The notes under the pieces were generated by a model that did not search any database, was not told where the DNA came from, and saw only the letters and a program-made list of their open reading frames with translations. A program made the position numbers and the translations under genes. A DNA stretch of 54,971 bases, filler included, from Basidioascus undulatus (lineage: Eukaryota): NCBI GenBank assembly GCA_000826855.1. It is 4 parts of 4 records of this genome, joined end to end, with 100 filler letters (N's around TTAATTAATTAA, not from the genome) between each part and the next. Parts side by side here need not be neighbours in the genome. Positions count along the whole stretch, not along the records: positions 41,337 to 54,971 come from JTLS01000797.1; 3 more parts are not named here. One strand, given 5' to 3'. This document shows positions 42,978 to 54,971 of this stretch, piece after piece (within the stretch, counting starts at the first letter, position 1; each line of letters begins with the position of its first letter).

Positions 42978-45626
42978 ATGATACCCCCGCTCCCCCTGGT
43001 CCTAGGCACAACAACAGTGCTCCTGCCCGCCCTCGCAGCGTCCCAGGCGCTCTCCGTGCCGGCCACCCCGCCCGCCTCCGCATCGAAGTACCTCGACCGC
43101 GCGCTCGCGAGTCTCTCAATCGAGCCTGCGTACTTTGCGGACTTCTTTGGGACGAGCGGCAGCCCGAACGAGTTTGCACTGAAGCTGCTGCAGGTCCGTT
43201 AGGCGTCGGGGAAGTGTTGTGTGAGAGAGCTGATGAAAGGCTTGGGTGGGGGTGAGACAGGCTGTAGCGGACAAGACGGGCGTACCGCCTGCTATCAGGC
43301 CTGGAGGGATCACCCAGGACAGCGCGATCTATGATCCGAACTTGCAGGGCGGCGCGGTGAGGAGCACGAGTCCCGAAGGCGGGATCTTCCGCAGTGAGTC
43401 TGCCTCTGTCCCTCTCCCGGCTCCCGGATCGCTTTATCTCGGCTTTTCCTTTTTTTTCCGAATTAACTCGTTTGGGATTGGAAAATTAGCTACGTATGGC
43501 AGTGACTTCTTCTCCAGCTGGACAAACTTCCCGAACGGAACCGAGTTCGTCGCGACGCTCAACTTTGGGAACGACTCGATCGACATCGCCCGCGATGAGG
43601 CGCTCGCTGCGCTGCAGCACGCGGGGTCGCACCCGCTGATTGCTTTCGAGCGTGAGCCAGGAATCTATTCTTCTCGGTCTAGGAGGTATGCTGAATAGAA
43701 GCAAAGGAAAGTTGGGAACGAGCCCAGCAACTACGCCCGCTGGGAGCAGTCAGGGAACGCGACAGTGGAGTATGTGCAGGAATGGGTGGTACGTCTCTGA
43801 AAAAGCTTTTCTGTTTGAAGAAGGATGTTTGCTTACGGGAAGGTTTATAGAGCTGGACCTCTCAAATTGACTCGGCACTCGACTCGGCGTCGCCGGTTGC
43901 GCCCGCCCAACCACGGTGGTGGGGTTCCAGCGCGACTGTCGACTCGTAAGACCTGAACCTTACGCTTCATTGATTTAAACAAACCGGCTGAAATCTTTAT
44001 ACGACACAGCTTTGCAGCCTCCCTCAAGCCTGCCGACATCCTCCCGCTCGACGTCGACCAAAACAAGAACATCAAGACGTTTTCGCTGCACTCTTACGCA
44101 TACTCCAGTGCATATAAGAGATTTTATCACCTAGCTGGTGGAGCATTCTGACATACTTATACTTGTGCGCAGCCTGCGACGCGGAGCGGATCGTTAATGC
44201 TACGATCGAAAACATGCTGAACCACACTGCGGTCGTCGGTACGGTTATTTCATTCAAAGTTCTCAAAAGAAGCAGTGGACTCATCACTTCCGGCCGGGCA
44301 CAGACTATGCAAACACCTACTTCGTCCCGAGCGCGCAGGCTGCGTTCGAGGCTGGCACGGACTTCGTGGTTGGTGCGTCTGCGGTGGATTCGTCGCTGGC
44401 GAGAAGCGAGGTGAAACTGACTGACCTGCGCTGCCTCATTGCAGGCGAATTCAACTCGATCTCGTGCAGCGGTCGGGTAAACGTCACGGACACGTTTGCG
44501 CAGGCACTGTGGAGTGCGTGGTTTTATGTTCGAGATGGATTGAGCCTGAACTGACGCGCTGGGGTTTCAGCGGTCGATACGACACTGAACTACGCTGCGA
44601 TTAACGCTACCAGGGTCTATCTGCACCAGGTCAGTTGCCTTATTTAAGGTAACCAAAGGTGGAGAGCTGACAGTATGGCACAGGGGGCAACGCTCGTCTT
44701 CCAAAGCAACGACCAAGAGTGAGTGTCAGCACACTGTGGTAAGACAGGCGCGCTGATTTTAACCGATGTCTTTTCCATCTTAGAAACACTGTAAGTATGA
44801 GATTGACCGGAGAATTCCGATTGGATTTCACTAATTTTTTTCCGTGTATCTGCAGGCTGGCGATGACGGCTCGCCGGGCTGGTCGGCCTACAACTTGTTC
44901 TGTGAGTCTCCGCGCAACAGCAAGCCGCTTCACAGCTCAATGTGACCCCCCCACCCATAGACCCGACGCAGTCCTCCCTGCGCGGTGAGCAGCGCGTAAA
45001 CCCTGGCTTGTACGGAGCGATTCCATCTCCTGCTCGACATCTCACCTGACCTCGACTGCACTTCTTACAGCGTCTCCCAGCTCTTCATAGCCGAAGCTGT
45101 TGGCTCGTCCGGCAAAACGCGCCTCGCGCCCGTATCCGCGCCCTCCTCCATCTCGAACGACAACTTTGCGGCCTACGCCTTGTACGACGACTCCATTTCA
45201 ACTTCCTCCCCCGCGCGGCTCGCCATCCTCAACCTCACGCCGTATCGCTCCAACGGCACCTCCTCCTCCCTCACGCTCGACATCTCTTCGTCCGTCCCCT
45301 CCGGCGCGAGCCCGATCCTCAAGCGCATGACGGCCCCGAGCGTCGACGAGAAGGACTCGGCGCAGGTGACGTATGCGGGTCAGTCGTGGAAGACTGGCGA
45401 GCCGGTCGGGGAGGAGAAGACGGAGACTGTGCAGGATGGCAAGGTCACGCTGCGCGCGAGCGAGGCCGTGCTCGTTTACTTGGATGGGAAGGACACGAGC
45501 GCGGCGAGTGGGGGCGGGAACGCTGCGAGCAGCGGGGGAGAGGGAAACGCAGCGGGACGGGTGGAGATGGGCAACTGGCTGGTTGTGACGGCGGTCGCGG
45601 CGCTGGCTTTCTGGACTGTGCTTTGA
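42978..45626 (+). CDS. Secreted glycoside hydrolase family 79 protein, likely GPI/membrane anchored
   Basis: Signal peptide; LASLSIEP; IRPGGITQD; FE-LGNEP (acid/base); GEFNSISCSGRVNVTDTFAQALW (nucleophile); RVYLHQG; LAILNL; hydrophobic C-terminus after a G/S/A linker. Confidence 0.88.
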
Positions 45627-46344
45627 TGTCGCTCTTTCGAACAAAACTGTGGACACTCGGTGCCTAGTATTCATTTTGCTGTTGTGTTTGAAATACGGTT
45701 GGGCAGCACCCCTTGCGCACTGTGCGCCTGTGTCCGACCGCGCCAAGCCGCCTGCCGTTCTGCCTTTGTTGTCCGTGGGCAAAGTATGCCATCAATGGAA
45801 GCTTATCTTGCCCTTATTTTAGGCTTGGAAATATGTTGCGGTGTGCGGGGGGTGCCTTTGGCGCCCATGGCAATGCTTTCAGCCTTCAGCCCGGCCAGGC
45901 CTCGCTTGAAAGTCCTGCAGCTGAACTAGTTCGTCTCTCTCTCTATAAGGCCTTATCTCTTGTCGTCCTGGATGTTGGACGAGACGCACCCCGGTCACCA
46001 GTTCAATTTGCAGTGGACAGGCGCCCGGGGCCTGGTCCTCCCACTTCAGCCATCCACTCCACCTTACGTGACGGCCAATCGTGATTGCGTTCTATCCTCT
46101 CAGTAGCTCCTTTCTTCCTCCCATGACCATCCATATTCTCGAGCAGTCTCGGACCAGAACTTCTGGGCTGACGACCCAGCCTATTCTCCGCGACCCCCGC
46201 AGCAAACTCTCCTGTTCGGACTGCCCTCGGCTGACCCACGCTTGATCCAGTCAAGCACCGCCAATGCGGACGTAAGAGTACCGCTAAACTTGGATTTGGG
46301 GCACCGTAGCATCTTAAACGGTCAACACGACCTGACGACCAGCA

Positions 46345-46689
46345 ATGTCTGCAACGTTGGCCATGATACTTGCAATCAGTGCGGCTCTGGACACAAGGCT
46401 ACGTGCACAGCGGGAGCCACGCGAATTTGGCGAAGCAGACGACACCCGCGAGCTAACATCCGACCAGACTATGCGTCTCCTTCCCACTCTCCACAAGCAC
46501 CAAGCTCCCCGATTCAAGTCCCCTAGCTTGAGCGAGGAGGAAGACATCCCAGAGCGCCTCAGGAGGAGCTCGGGCGAGGATATGGTGCACTTGGCGGAGC
46601 GGGGAGAGTACGGGATGAGTCGACCAAGCTTCCAGTCGATGGAGTGGGCTATGGCAGCCGAGGTCCGAGCTGAAGAGGCTCTCAGATGA
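46345..46689 (+). CDS. Possible small hypothetical protein or last exon of an unresolved gene
   Basis: 114-aa ORF with a hydrophobic start and charged tail. No family recognised. Confidence 0.25.
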   Translation: MSATLAMILAISAALDTRLRAQREPREFGEADDTRELTSDQTMRLLPTLHKHQAPRFKSPSLSEEEDIPERLRRSSGEDMVHLAERGEYGMSRPSFQSMEWAMAAEVRAEEALR

Positions 46690-47032
46690 AGTGCTTTGCA
46701 GTTCGCCCATGAACATTCTCCTTCAGTGACGATGGAAACCTTAGGGCAGTGTGTCCCAGTGTTGAAGGCCGAAGACGTCAAACGCGTCGGCAATTGCATC
46801 TCGCTACTGCCCCGTTGATCATAAAAAAGGATGTGATGGCTTTAAGGAGTTTTATTCGTGCTCAATGGCAGTCACTCATGTTTTTTCGCGACGCAGTCCC
46901 CAGCACGTTCGGCAAAACGCCCTGCCACGGTTCGGCTTGCCCACTTTTCCCCGAGAAGTCTCGCGCGTTCAACTCCTTCCTTCACGTCTTCGTCTCGAGC
47001 CTCATCATCTTTCTCAACTAACCCCACTGACC

Positions 47033-49320
47033 ATGCCGAGCATACCGGCGTCCTCATTCTCTTTCGTGACTCTTTCGAATAAAACCAAAAGACCCTGGGG
47101 TACGTGCACTCACCGCTCGGCCAATCGCGTTTGCGTGCCTTGACTCTCGACGTTGCGCAGGTCTCACATGGCGGTCTTCGAATGTTTTCATCACCATCGT
47201 CGTCGGGCTGGGTATCGCTAGTGCGTACTGACAGTACATGTGCTTCAACATCGGATTTTGGCTCGTGATAACCGTGCGGAGCCGTGCTTCACCAACAGCC
47301 GAGTTGGCTGTCTACGGCCTCATCGTGCCGGTCGTGCCATTCCGACTCGAGCAGATGGGATACCATGAAGTTGGATCACTGAACGGCTGGTTGCTGTTTG
47401 CTTGTGAGTGAGGGCCACTCTCCCCGTCACTATGACACACGACTCACACCGGTTCGTGCCTACTCTGCAGACTCAGCTGGCTTGGCGGTCAGCACGCCCC
47501 CGATTGGGTACTTCAGCGAGAGACACAGTAACCGCAGGACGCCCCTCCTCCTGGCGCAAATACTTTTGGCAGCATCTATACTACTGTTCATGTTCTCGCC
47601 CACCCTTGCGGTAGGTCCTGAAGTGTGCAGCGCCTATTGGTATGAGATCTGATTCCCGTCCTCCAGGGCATGTTCGTGGGTCGTGTGGGTCAAGGCATAG
47701 GAAGTGCCGGTGTATGGGTCCTTGGTCTGGCTCTTGTGTAAGCGGAAATCCAGTTAAACTATGTCCTGAGCGTGTTTCGCTGAACACCGGGGAGTTGCCT
47801 TAGTTGCGACTCCGTGCCCGAAGACCAACTCGGTCGCTACATGGGCGCTGTTTCGACATCCTTTACTGTCGGGTAAGTCCTCATGTAGCTCCAGAGACGT
47901 CGATATTGGAGCGGGAAATATGATAGACGGTCCCGATGGTTGCGCTGTGTTCGAGCTGACACGGGTATCGTCGCAGTCGTTTGATCGGTCCTCCACTGGG
48001 CGGTGTATTGTATGAGCACGGATGGCACTATCCATTCGTTTTAGCGCTTGGGCTCGTTTTCGTAGACTTCTGTACGTACCCCCCCCCCTCTTCCCTGGCT
48101 CGCACATAGCTGAGTGCCAAGCTTGATGCTTAGTGGGAAGGCTGCTCGTTATCGAGAAGCACATTTCCAGAGCCTGGCAGCCCAGCGATTCTCCACAGAA
48201 AGACGCACCATCGGCGGGTCTCAATGACTTACCGTACACAACCGCACCGTTAGACGCTGCAGCGCCAGTCGACCCCGAAAAGCTTTCCGTGCACACGGTC
48301 GGGGCAGAGGCGCGGAGGCCTTCCTCTGGACTGGCTGTTCTCGTTTCTCTCCTCCGCTCGCCCGTCTGCATCCTGGGCTCCGTCATCACATTCGCTTACG
48401 GCTTCATCGCCGGTGGTCGTGACACGGCGCTTACGCTTCGACTGAACCATCTGTACGGATACAGTTCCGAGCAAGTGGGACTGACATACATTGCTGCCGT
48501 TGGGGGAAGGTGAGCAAGTCATCTGGCATACCTTGGAACGTCGCTGACGACGCCCGTGCCATACCACAGCTTCATCGCAAGTCCGCTGACTGGGTCTGTC
48601 ACCGCTTCTACTTCTGCATCCCAATCTGGGGCCCAGGCTGAAAAGAGCAGCGCAGATATCTGACCGACAAAATTGGAGCGAAGTGGACTACTATCGGCGC
48701 GATTAGCACGTTCGTGCCATTTGCTGTACTTCTTGGCATCCGCACGAGCGCAACAGTGTGCATCGTCTTCCTTGCCTTCTTCGGTGTACGGACCTTCACC
48801 GCTCTCTCTCCTCGCGTTTATTGACGCCAAGTTCACTCCTAGGCCGCCTTGTCGGGAATTTTGAGTCCTGTCATGTCTGAGTTTGGAAGGGCCGCGCGCG
48901 GACTGCCAGGCGTAGGGTGCGCACTCGTCGCCCCGCACTCTTGAGCAAACGGTACATTACTGAGTTCATTACCTTCCTCAGCTATGCCCATACGTACTCT
49001 CTTTTCAACCTTGCATATGGTATTGCTGCCTGTGTGGGGCCCATCGTGGGTGGCCAGGTGTACGATCGCGTCAGCAACGGTAAGCCTCGTCGTTGCTCAA
49101 ACGTTCTTGAAGCCGACAGCTGAGTCTGACTGCTGACCTTTGTGTATTCGGAACAGGATGGCTCGTGTTGTGCATTCTATTCGCCGTCATGATGGGGATG
49201 TGCATCCCGCCAGCCATGATATGGATGGAAGACAAGACGCGCCTGTCTGCGATCTTCCTGCGAAGGAAACGCAGGTCGGCGGAGGAGCCGCACGAGCTCG
49301 ACAGTCCTGCTCAATCATGA
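47033..49320 (+). CDS. MFS transporter (vesicular amine transporter/DHA1-like)
   Basis: WRSSNVFITIVVGLG; VYGLIVPVVPFRLEQMG; PIGYFSERHSNRRTPLL; GRVGQG..VWVLGLAL; IGPPLGGV; YAHTYSLFNLAYGIAACVGPIVGGQVY. TGA at 49318-49320. Confidence 0.88.
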
Positions 49321-49620
49321 ATGCTTATCTCCTGGTGAAATGCGTCTATGAAAGGTGTGCTTCTTGGCAACCTTTAGAGGTCCATGAAAGAGCTGCGAGT
49401 ACGGAAGATGTCTTCTGTGCTGAAAGACAGGCTCCACCAGTTAATGCGACTGCTGCTCTTGAAGAACTTGCTCTTCAATTGTCCGTCCAACATACCAAGC
49501 CAATACAAGAATAAGTCAGTTAGATTTATGCAAATGATGTGACACGATGACAGTTCCGTCGTACAGGATTGCTGTCCATCTCTATCCAATCTTTGCTTTT
49601 TTCGACCTCGACCCCGCAGT

Positions 49621-52600
49621 CTACCGGCAGTCGCTGTGATCGGGCTTGCTCGAACCTGACGAAGCAAGTAGCGCGATAGTCTGGCTGGAGGTGAAGATCA
49701 GAGTGCAGAACCCGATGACGAGAAGGCCGATATCGAGCGCCTTGGCAAGACGTGTGCGTGCGCAGGCCTCTGTGGGGCCACGTAGAACAGCGTTTATGAA
49801 AGTGAGAACCGGCGATGGGGAAGAAAAAGAAAACGCACTCAGGTGCAAGAGCGGCGGGTAAATGAAGCAAAGCGGCACGCAGGCGACTGCAGAGTAGGCG
49901 GACATTCAGCGAAAGCGCCGTTCAAAGTAGTATGTGGTCGACGTACCCGAGCCGATCAGCGAAACGAACTTGTCCAAGTCTGTCGCGCCGAAGGTGGACA
50001 CGACAATGCAGAGCGCAACAATAAAGAGGCGGAACACTTTGAAACGGACTGTCAGTCCAGCGCTCACTGTGCTTCGTTCGGACCAACTCACGGTTCTTTT
50101 GCCATTTAACGCTGCGGAACGAAGGAGTCAGCGTCCGTGGTGTGTGAAGAGCAAGGGACGGAAGCGGACCTGCGATTGTGCTTTCCGCTCTTGCTGAAGA
50201 GGCCGGATTCCATGATGCGCACGGCAGGGAAGAGCTGCAGCGGAATGGAGAGGACAATGGCCACCGAATCTGCGTCGTGTACGCCGTCAGAAATGGACAA
50301 AGGAGTCCGTGCAGCCGATGGACGTACAGAGGAACTGCACCGTCTGCACGAACTTGTCGTCCTGGGGCAGGTTGCTGATGACGACAGTATGGATCTTGCT
50401 GCCGAAGGCCGCGTAGGACATGAAACCCGACGCTGGAGGAGGAATCCGAATCAGCGACGGTTCGCCAATGGCGCGGCAAAATACTGTGCTAACAGCGCGG
50501 ATGTCAGAGACGTTGACGTACCGGCGAAAAGCGTAGTCACGCCAACCATCACGCCGCAGAGGACCGCAGGGAACTTTTGAGGCTGTGCGAGAAGTCGATG
50601 TTCAGCGTCCTGTGCTTGGGGAGGTTGTCTTGCTGGCACTTACCTCCCGCATAGACTCCGTGACTGGAATGATAAGCCCGATTCCCTCGAACGCAAAGAC
50701 AGCGGTTCTGCGTAACAATCGTTAATGTCAGGATGTCGACGCTCATCATGAAGTGCGACTCACCCAATTAGAAGCGGGAAGTCCTTCGGGTTGAACAGCT
50801 TCACGTCGGCCAGTCCGCGGCGCACCAAAACGGCAGTCTCTTGCCCGAACACTGCAGAGCGTCTGTCGTTCAGCAGAGTTGACCTGCTGTTCGGTCAATA
50901 TTCGGGACGCACAATAGATGATGCCAATGAGGATGAACGCGTCCGCAACAAGCGCAGTGAAACTGAGCTTGGCGAGGTCACGGTAGAGGGCAAGCGGGCC
51001 AAAGACGGGGATCTGCGCGAGGATGAGGTACTGCACGGGCACGACGGTGCGACAGTGCGTGACGGCGACGATGAAGGATTGGCTGCGTCGCAGTTGAGGA
51101 GTGTTCAACGTTGCAGTTTACACGCCAGCAGAGGTAAGGAAACGCACAGGTTCTCGGCGACAAAGACGGTGTAAGCCTGAAATGGGCAACGTGAGCATTG
51201 GAGGTTGCCGGCGGAGGGAAGCGAATGCGGTAGTGTACGGAAACGAAGCCCATCTGCGAGACCGCGATGGACGTGAGGATAGCGATGCGCATCCACTTGC
51301 CGTACAAAATACCGCCGATGTCTGTCACGGTGCACCGTGCGTCAGGTACACCATTAACGAAGGACGAACAGAAGAAGCAAACGCACCTCCAAAAGACGCA
51401 GGTATGACGAGTCGAGTATTCACGAGGAGGAGGAACGACCACAGGCTGATGCCGGCGATGAGCACAAGGAACACGGTAGAGAACAGGAGGCCGCCGTTGA
51501 GGAAGGCACGGCCGAGGAAGAGGACGCCGGTGCCGACGAATGATTTTAGAAGCTGTGGAACCCCTCCATGTCAGGCAGCCTGCGGACGCCGCAAAAGGAA
51601 AGAGCGGGCGTACCATAAGAACAGCCTGCAGCACTGTTGCGTCTCCGTGCCGCGCCGCGCTCACAGACCGTTTCCTCTTCGCCATCAGCGGCGTCCGCTC
51701 CGTCACCCCGCGCCCTCGTCCCTCCTCGGCCTCCTCCTGCTCCTCCGCGCTCTCGTCCTCGTCCTCCGCGCCCTCCTCGAGCTCCTCGCCCGCGAACCCA
51801 CCGTAAAGGAGCAGGAAGTCGACGAAGCTGTTGAGCACGCGGGGCTCCTCGCGGCCGGCCTCGCGCGCGCGGTTCCGGATGTGATGCCGCCGGAAGCCGC
51901 CGGGCTGACGGAGATTGTCGAGGTCGGACGTGGACGGCGTGGCGGAGGGAGGAGGGAGGCGGGAGAGGGAGGCTGAGCGCCCACGGGCGGCGAACTCTTG
52001 TCGGGCGTTTCTCTGCCAGGCGTAGAGATCGTGGCTGCCCTCCGATCTATGTCAATGGTCCGAACACCGAAAGAACCGAGCAAGCGGAGAAAAGACGTAC
52101 ACCACATCTGCGCCCGGCTTGTGCAGTGGGGTAGGATATCTCTCCGTCTCCTCCTGCAGATGCACCCCGCTGTTCACGCCGCTGTTGTTATCGTCCAGGG
52201 CAACCGCGCTGTCATCCCCGTTGCCTGAGCCCTCAGACCCGCGGCTGAGGCGATTGCTCTCGGTGTCTGGCGTGCCCTCCTCCTTGGCGACGAGGTGCCT
52301 GCGCAGCACGCGCGCCTTGTCCTCGTCCGTGAGCCCCTCCAGCGCCAGCGAGATCCCGCTCGCGTTGGGCGTCCCGTCGTTTGACTCAGCCTGCGGGAGC
52401 GGCGTGGGAGCTACGGAAGACCCCGGCAGGGGTGAGTCGGTTCCTGGCTGTTGGGCAGGTGTGCCCGTCCCCGACCGAGGCGGGATTTGGAACCGCCCGG
52501 GGGACGCCCCATACTGCTCGTACTCCCGGCGCAGCTCCTCGATAGCCTCGGGGTCGAGGACTCCGCCCGCGGGCGTGCGATTCGAAGGGCGGCGCGAGGC

Positions 52601-52684
52601 GGCCGAGGTGGACAGTGCGGGCGTGGGCGAGGACGCCTCGAGGCGGTCGCTCGGACGGACCGGCTGGGGTGATGCCGACGTCAT
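49621..52684 (-). CDS. Vacuolar amino acid transporter Avt3/Avt4-like (AAAP family)
   Basis: ARVLRRHLV; GGFRRHHI; SFVDFLLLYGGFAGEEL; ERTPL; GDATVLQAVLM-LLKSFVGTGVLFLGRAFLNGG; FAFEGIGLIIPVTESMREPQKFP; DLDKFVSLIGS. Confidence 0.93.
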
Positions 52685-53018
52685 CTTTGATAGAGAGGAA
52701 GGTGTGTTTCGTTGATGAGCTTGGACGGTAGTGGTTTTAGGTTAAGAGAGAGACGCAGGGGTGATGAGATTGAAGTGAGAAGGGTGTGATGCGTCAAGAC
52801 CATCCCGGCGGCGGGGATTCGAGACCTGCACACAACTGCACGTGTCGAGCACGTGGACACAGTTTGCCGAGGATCGTATTTTCAGTGAAAGGAGTGAAAG
52901 GCCTAGACACTTCAAGATTAAACATATCTTCACTAGAAAGCAGGTGGAAACGCGAATCAGCCCATTGAGAAGGGTCGAGACAATCAAGTTCGGCAGTGGT
53001 GATGCTATGTATGCCCTC

Positions 53019-54661
53019 TCAATCTCTCCATTGCACCCGCTCCTCGCCCCCGATCCACCATCTCCTCAGAACACCTGGAAGCGTCAACCCGACCACGTTG
53101 CCCTTCTCGTCGAAGCGCGCCCCGTTCTCCAAGAGCGTAAGAATCAGGCGCGGCACGGCCGCTGCGGTGCCATTGAGCGTGTGCGCGAACGCCATCTCGC
53201 CCGCGGGGGACTTGGCTCGAATATGCAGACGTCGGGCTTGGTAGTCGGTGCAGTTGGAGGCAGAAGAGATCTACAAGGCCGAAAGATGATAATCGGAAGA
53301 GAGTGGATGAGCTGGATGAGCGTTGAAGAGAAAGGGTGTGGAGACGCACCTCGCCCCAATTGCCGCGACCGGGCATCCACGCTTCCATGTCGTACTTCCG
53401 ATATGCGGATGCACCCAGCTCTTCTGAAGGCATGTCGAGCACCCTGAAATTAAACAGAGCATGAGCAACGCCACAAGGTAGAATGACGAAGAGAGAAAGC
53501 TGCACTTGAACGTCAACCCCAACCCATTGAAGATCTCCTCCTGGATCTCCCTAATCTCCTCCAGCGCCGCATCGCTCGCTCCGGCCTCTGAAACGACGAA
53601 CATCTCTACCTTGGCGAACTGGTGTACGCGGTACAGACCGCGCGTGTCGGCGCCCCTCGCGCCCGCCTCCGCCCGGAACGCCCGCCCAACACCGACGACC
53701 TTCACGGGCAACGCGCTAGCCTGGAGCACCCGGTTCGCAAAGAGTCCCGCCAATGGGATCTCCGCCGTCCCCGCGAGGCAGAGCTGCTGCTGGTCGTCCT
53801 GCTGCGGGACGATCGCGTACGTCTGCGCGGGCGCGTCGTCGCGGGGCTGGAACCCGCACCGGTCCGAGATGTCGGTCTTGACGACGTCGGGAGGCGTGAC
53901 GGGCGTGAAGCCGTGGCGGACTGCGACGCTCAGCGCGTAGTTGATGAGCGCGTGTTCGAGCAGGGCCGCTTCCTGCTTGAGGAAGTACCAGCTCGAGCCG
54001 GTCGTCGTCGCTGCGGCCTCCATGTCGAGGAGGTCGAGCGCACGCGCGATCGAGAGGTGATCCCGCTCCGAGGAGGCGGGTATGGGTTCGGGCCCATGCG
54101 TCGAGACGGTGACGGCGTTGGGCTCGGGACCAAGGGGAGAGGAAGGGTGGGTGTCGTTCGGAATGGCCACGGCCAAGCGGAGAAGTTTCGAGTCCACCTC
54201 GCCCAGCTCCCGCTCCAGCTCCTGCACTTCCGCCTTAAGCCGCTTCGCCTCCTCTATCGCTCCTTCCCCGCCGCCCTTGACCCGCTTGCCCGCCTCGGCG
54301 CGCTGGGAGCGCCGCTCGTTCAGCTTCGTCTGAAGCGCGCGGGAGCGGTCGAACAGCTCCGCAAGGCGAGCTACGGCGTCCGGCGGCAGAGCAGCTCGAC
54401 GGTTGAGCGCATTCTGCGTCACGCCCAGTACGTCTGCGGCGATGGCGCGGTAATCGATGCGAGGCTTCGGGAGCGAGGAAGACGCAAGTGTACGGGAGAG
54501 CGGCGCAGTGGTAGACAGGCAGCGTCTCGAGGAAGACGCTGATGCAACGAGGATGGTGATGAGTGAGAACTCTGAGATATATCAAACAAAGTCGTACCTA
54601 CAGCTTGGCTGATAAAATGGTAGCGCGCTCCGCGAGCAGCCCGAAAGGCGGCGGAGGACAT
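53019..54661 (-). CDS. Seryl-tRNA synthetase, mitochondrial type (Dia4-like)
   Basis: R/A/S-rich presequence-like start; [115 protein letters not shown] at 53019-53021. Confidence 0.95.
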
Positions 54662-54892
54662 CGTGGTTGAAGGCAGAAGCGAAAGGAGACTCTCGAACTT
54701 GGGTCGGGCCTCGCACTCCGGAACGGCGACGAAGCTGTGACAAACCTTGTCCTATATTTTCTGGTACAATCGGCGGTTCTGTTCAGAGTTCAAGTTAGGC
54801 TGTACCAAACTATACTGAGGTGTGCAGCCGTTGTCTCAAGTTTGTCTTAAAACAGAACACAGAATCTTTTAAGAACTTGCCTGAGGATGCGA

Positions 54893-54971
54893 GGCGAGAT
54901 GGCCGAGCGGTCTAAGGCGCCAGACTAAGGATCTGGTCCGAAAGGGCGTGGGTTCGAATCCCACTCTCGTC
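54893..54971 (+). tRNA. tRNA-Leu(AAG), intronless; window ends at position 72
   Basis: Acceptor stem GGCGAGA/TCTCGTC, D arm with TGGCCGAGCGG, anticodon stem CCAGA/TCTGG with loop CTAAGGA (AAG at 54927-54929), long variable arm, T arm GTGGG-TTCGAAT-CCCAC. Confidence 0.97.

Noticed and set aside
54837..54880. Inverted repeat TCTTAAAA/TTTTAAGA upstream of tRNA-Leu
   Set aside because: Only 8 bp perfect in AT-rich DNA; compatible with chance.
4598..54971. Two direct tRNA-Leu copies as att-like ends of a 50-kb integrated island or Starship
   Set aside because: The interval holds core housekeeping genes and three gaps, no recombinase was recognised, and the first copy has an internal deletion rather than being a terminal fragment.

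Overview
Nuclear DNA of a GC-rich, intron-dense fungus. Short GT-AG introns with GTGCGT/GTGAGT/GTAAGT donors, CTRAC branch sites and the gene set point to a basidiomycete (inference). It is a draft scaffold with three artificial 100-nt gaps (N-run plus TTAATTAATTAA linker). Most ORFs in the supplied track are antisense or cross introns, so I rebuilt genes by hand. All family calls come from motif recognition, not database searches. Apparently intact genes: Tra2-like RRM protein, PPIL1/CYP1 cyclophilin, NEO1 P4-ATPase, glycerol kinase 3' end, PTC1 PP2C, a PH-domain protein, DUF1748, a DUF6534-like membrane protein, SCJ1-like ER DnaJ, GH79, an MFS transporter, AVT3/4-like transporter, mitochondrial-type SerRS and tRNA-Leu(AAG). 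Between them lie decayed tracts (about 4.6-8.9 kb and 14.6-22.7 kb) with pseudogenes or fragments of an AKR, an SGNH esterase, GGT, a kinesin and an F-box protein. Four observations stand out. (1) A second copy of the tRNA-Leu gene at 4598-4665 has lost 12 nt that remove the anticodon loop and most of its stem, yet keeps the other arms, A/B boxes and a T5 terminator. (2) Mitochondrial DNA inserts not shown in the ORF track include a cox3 fragment that stops exactly at a group I intron 5' splice site with a perfect P1 helix, joined to an inverted homing-endonuclease-like piece. (3) A GIY-YIG/NUMOD homing endonuclease remnant abuts a 5'-truncated esterase. (4) A CDT2-like gene joins a SNF12-like gene with no gap, which is either a misassembly or a real fusion. 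I found no convincing multi-gene novel system; the anticodon-less tRNA is the best candidate for new biology.
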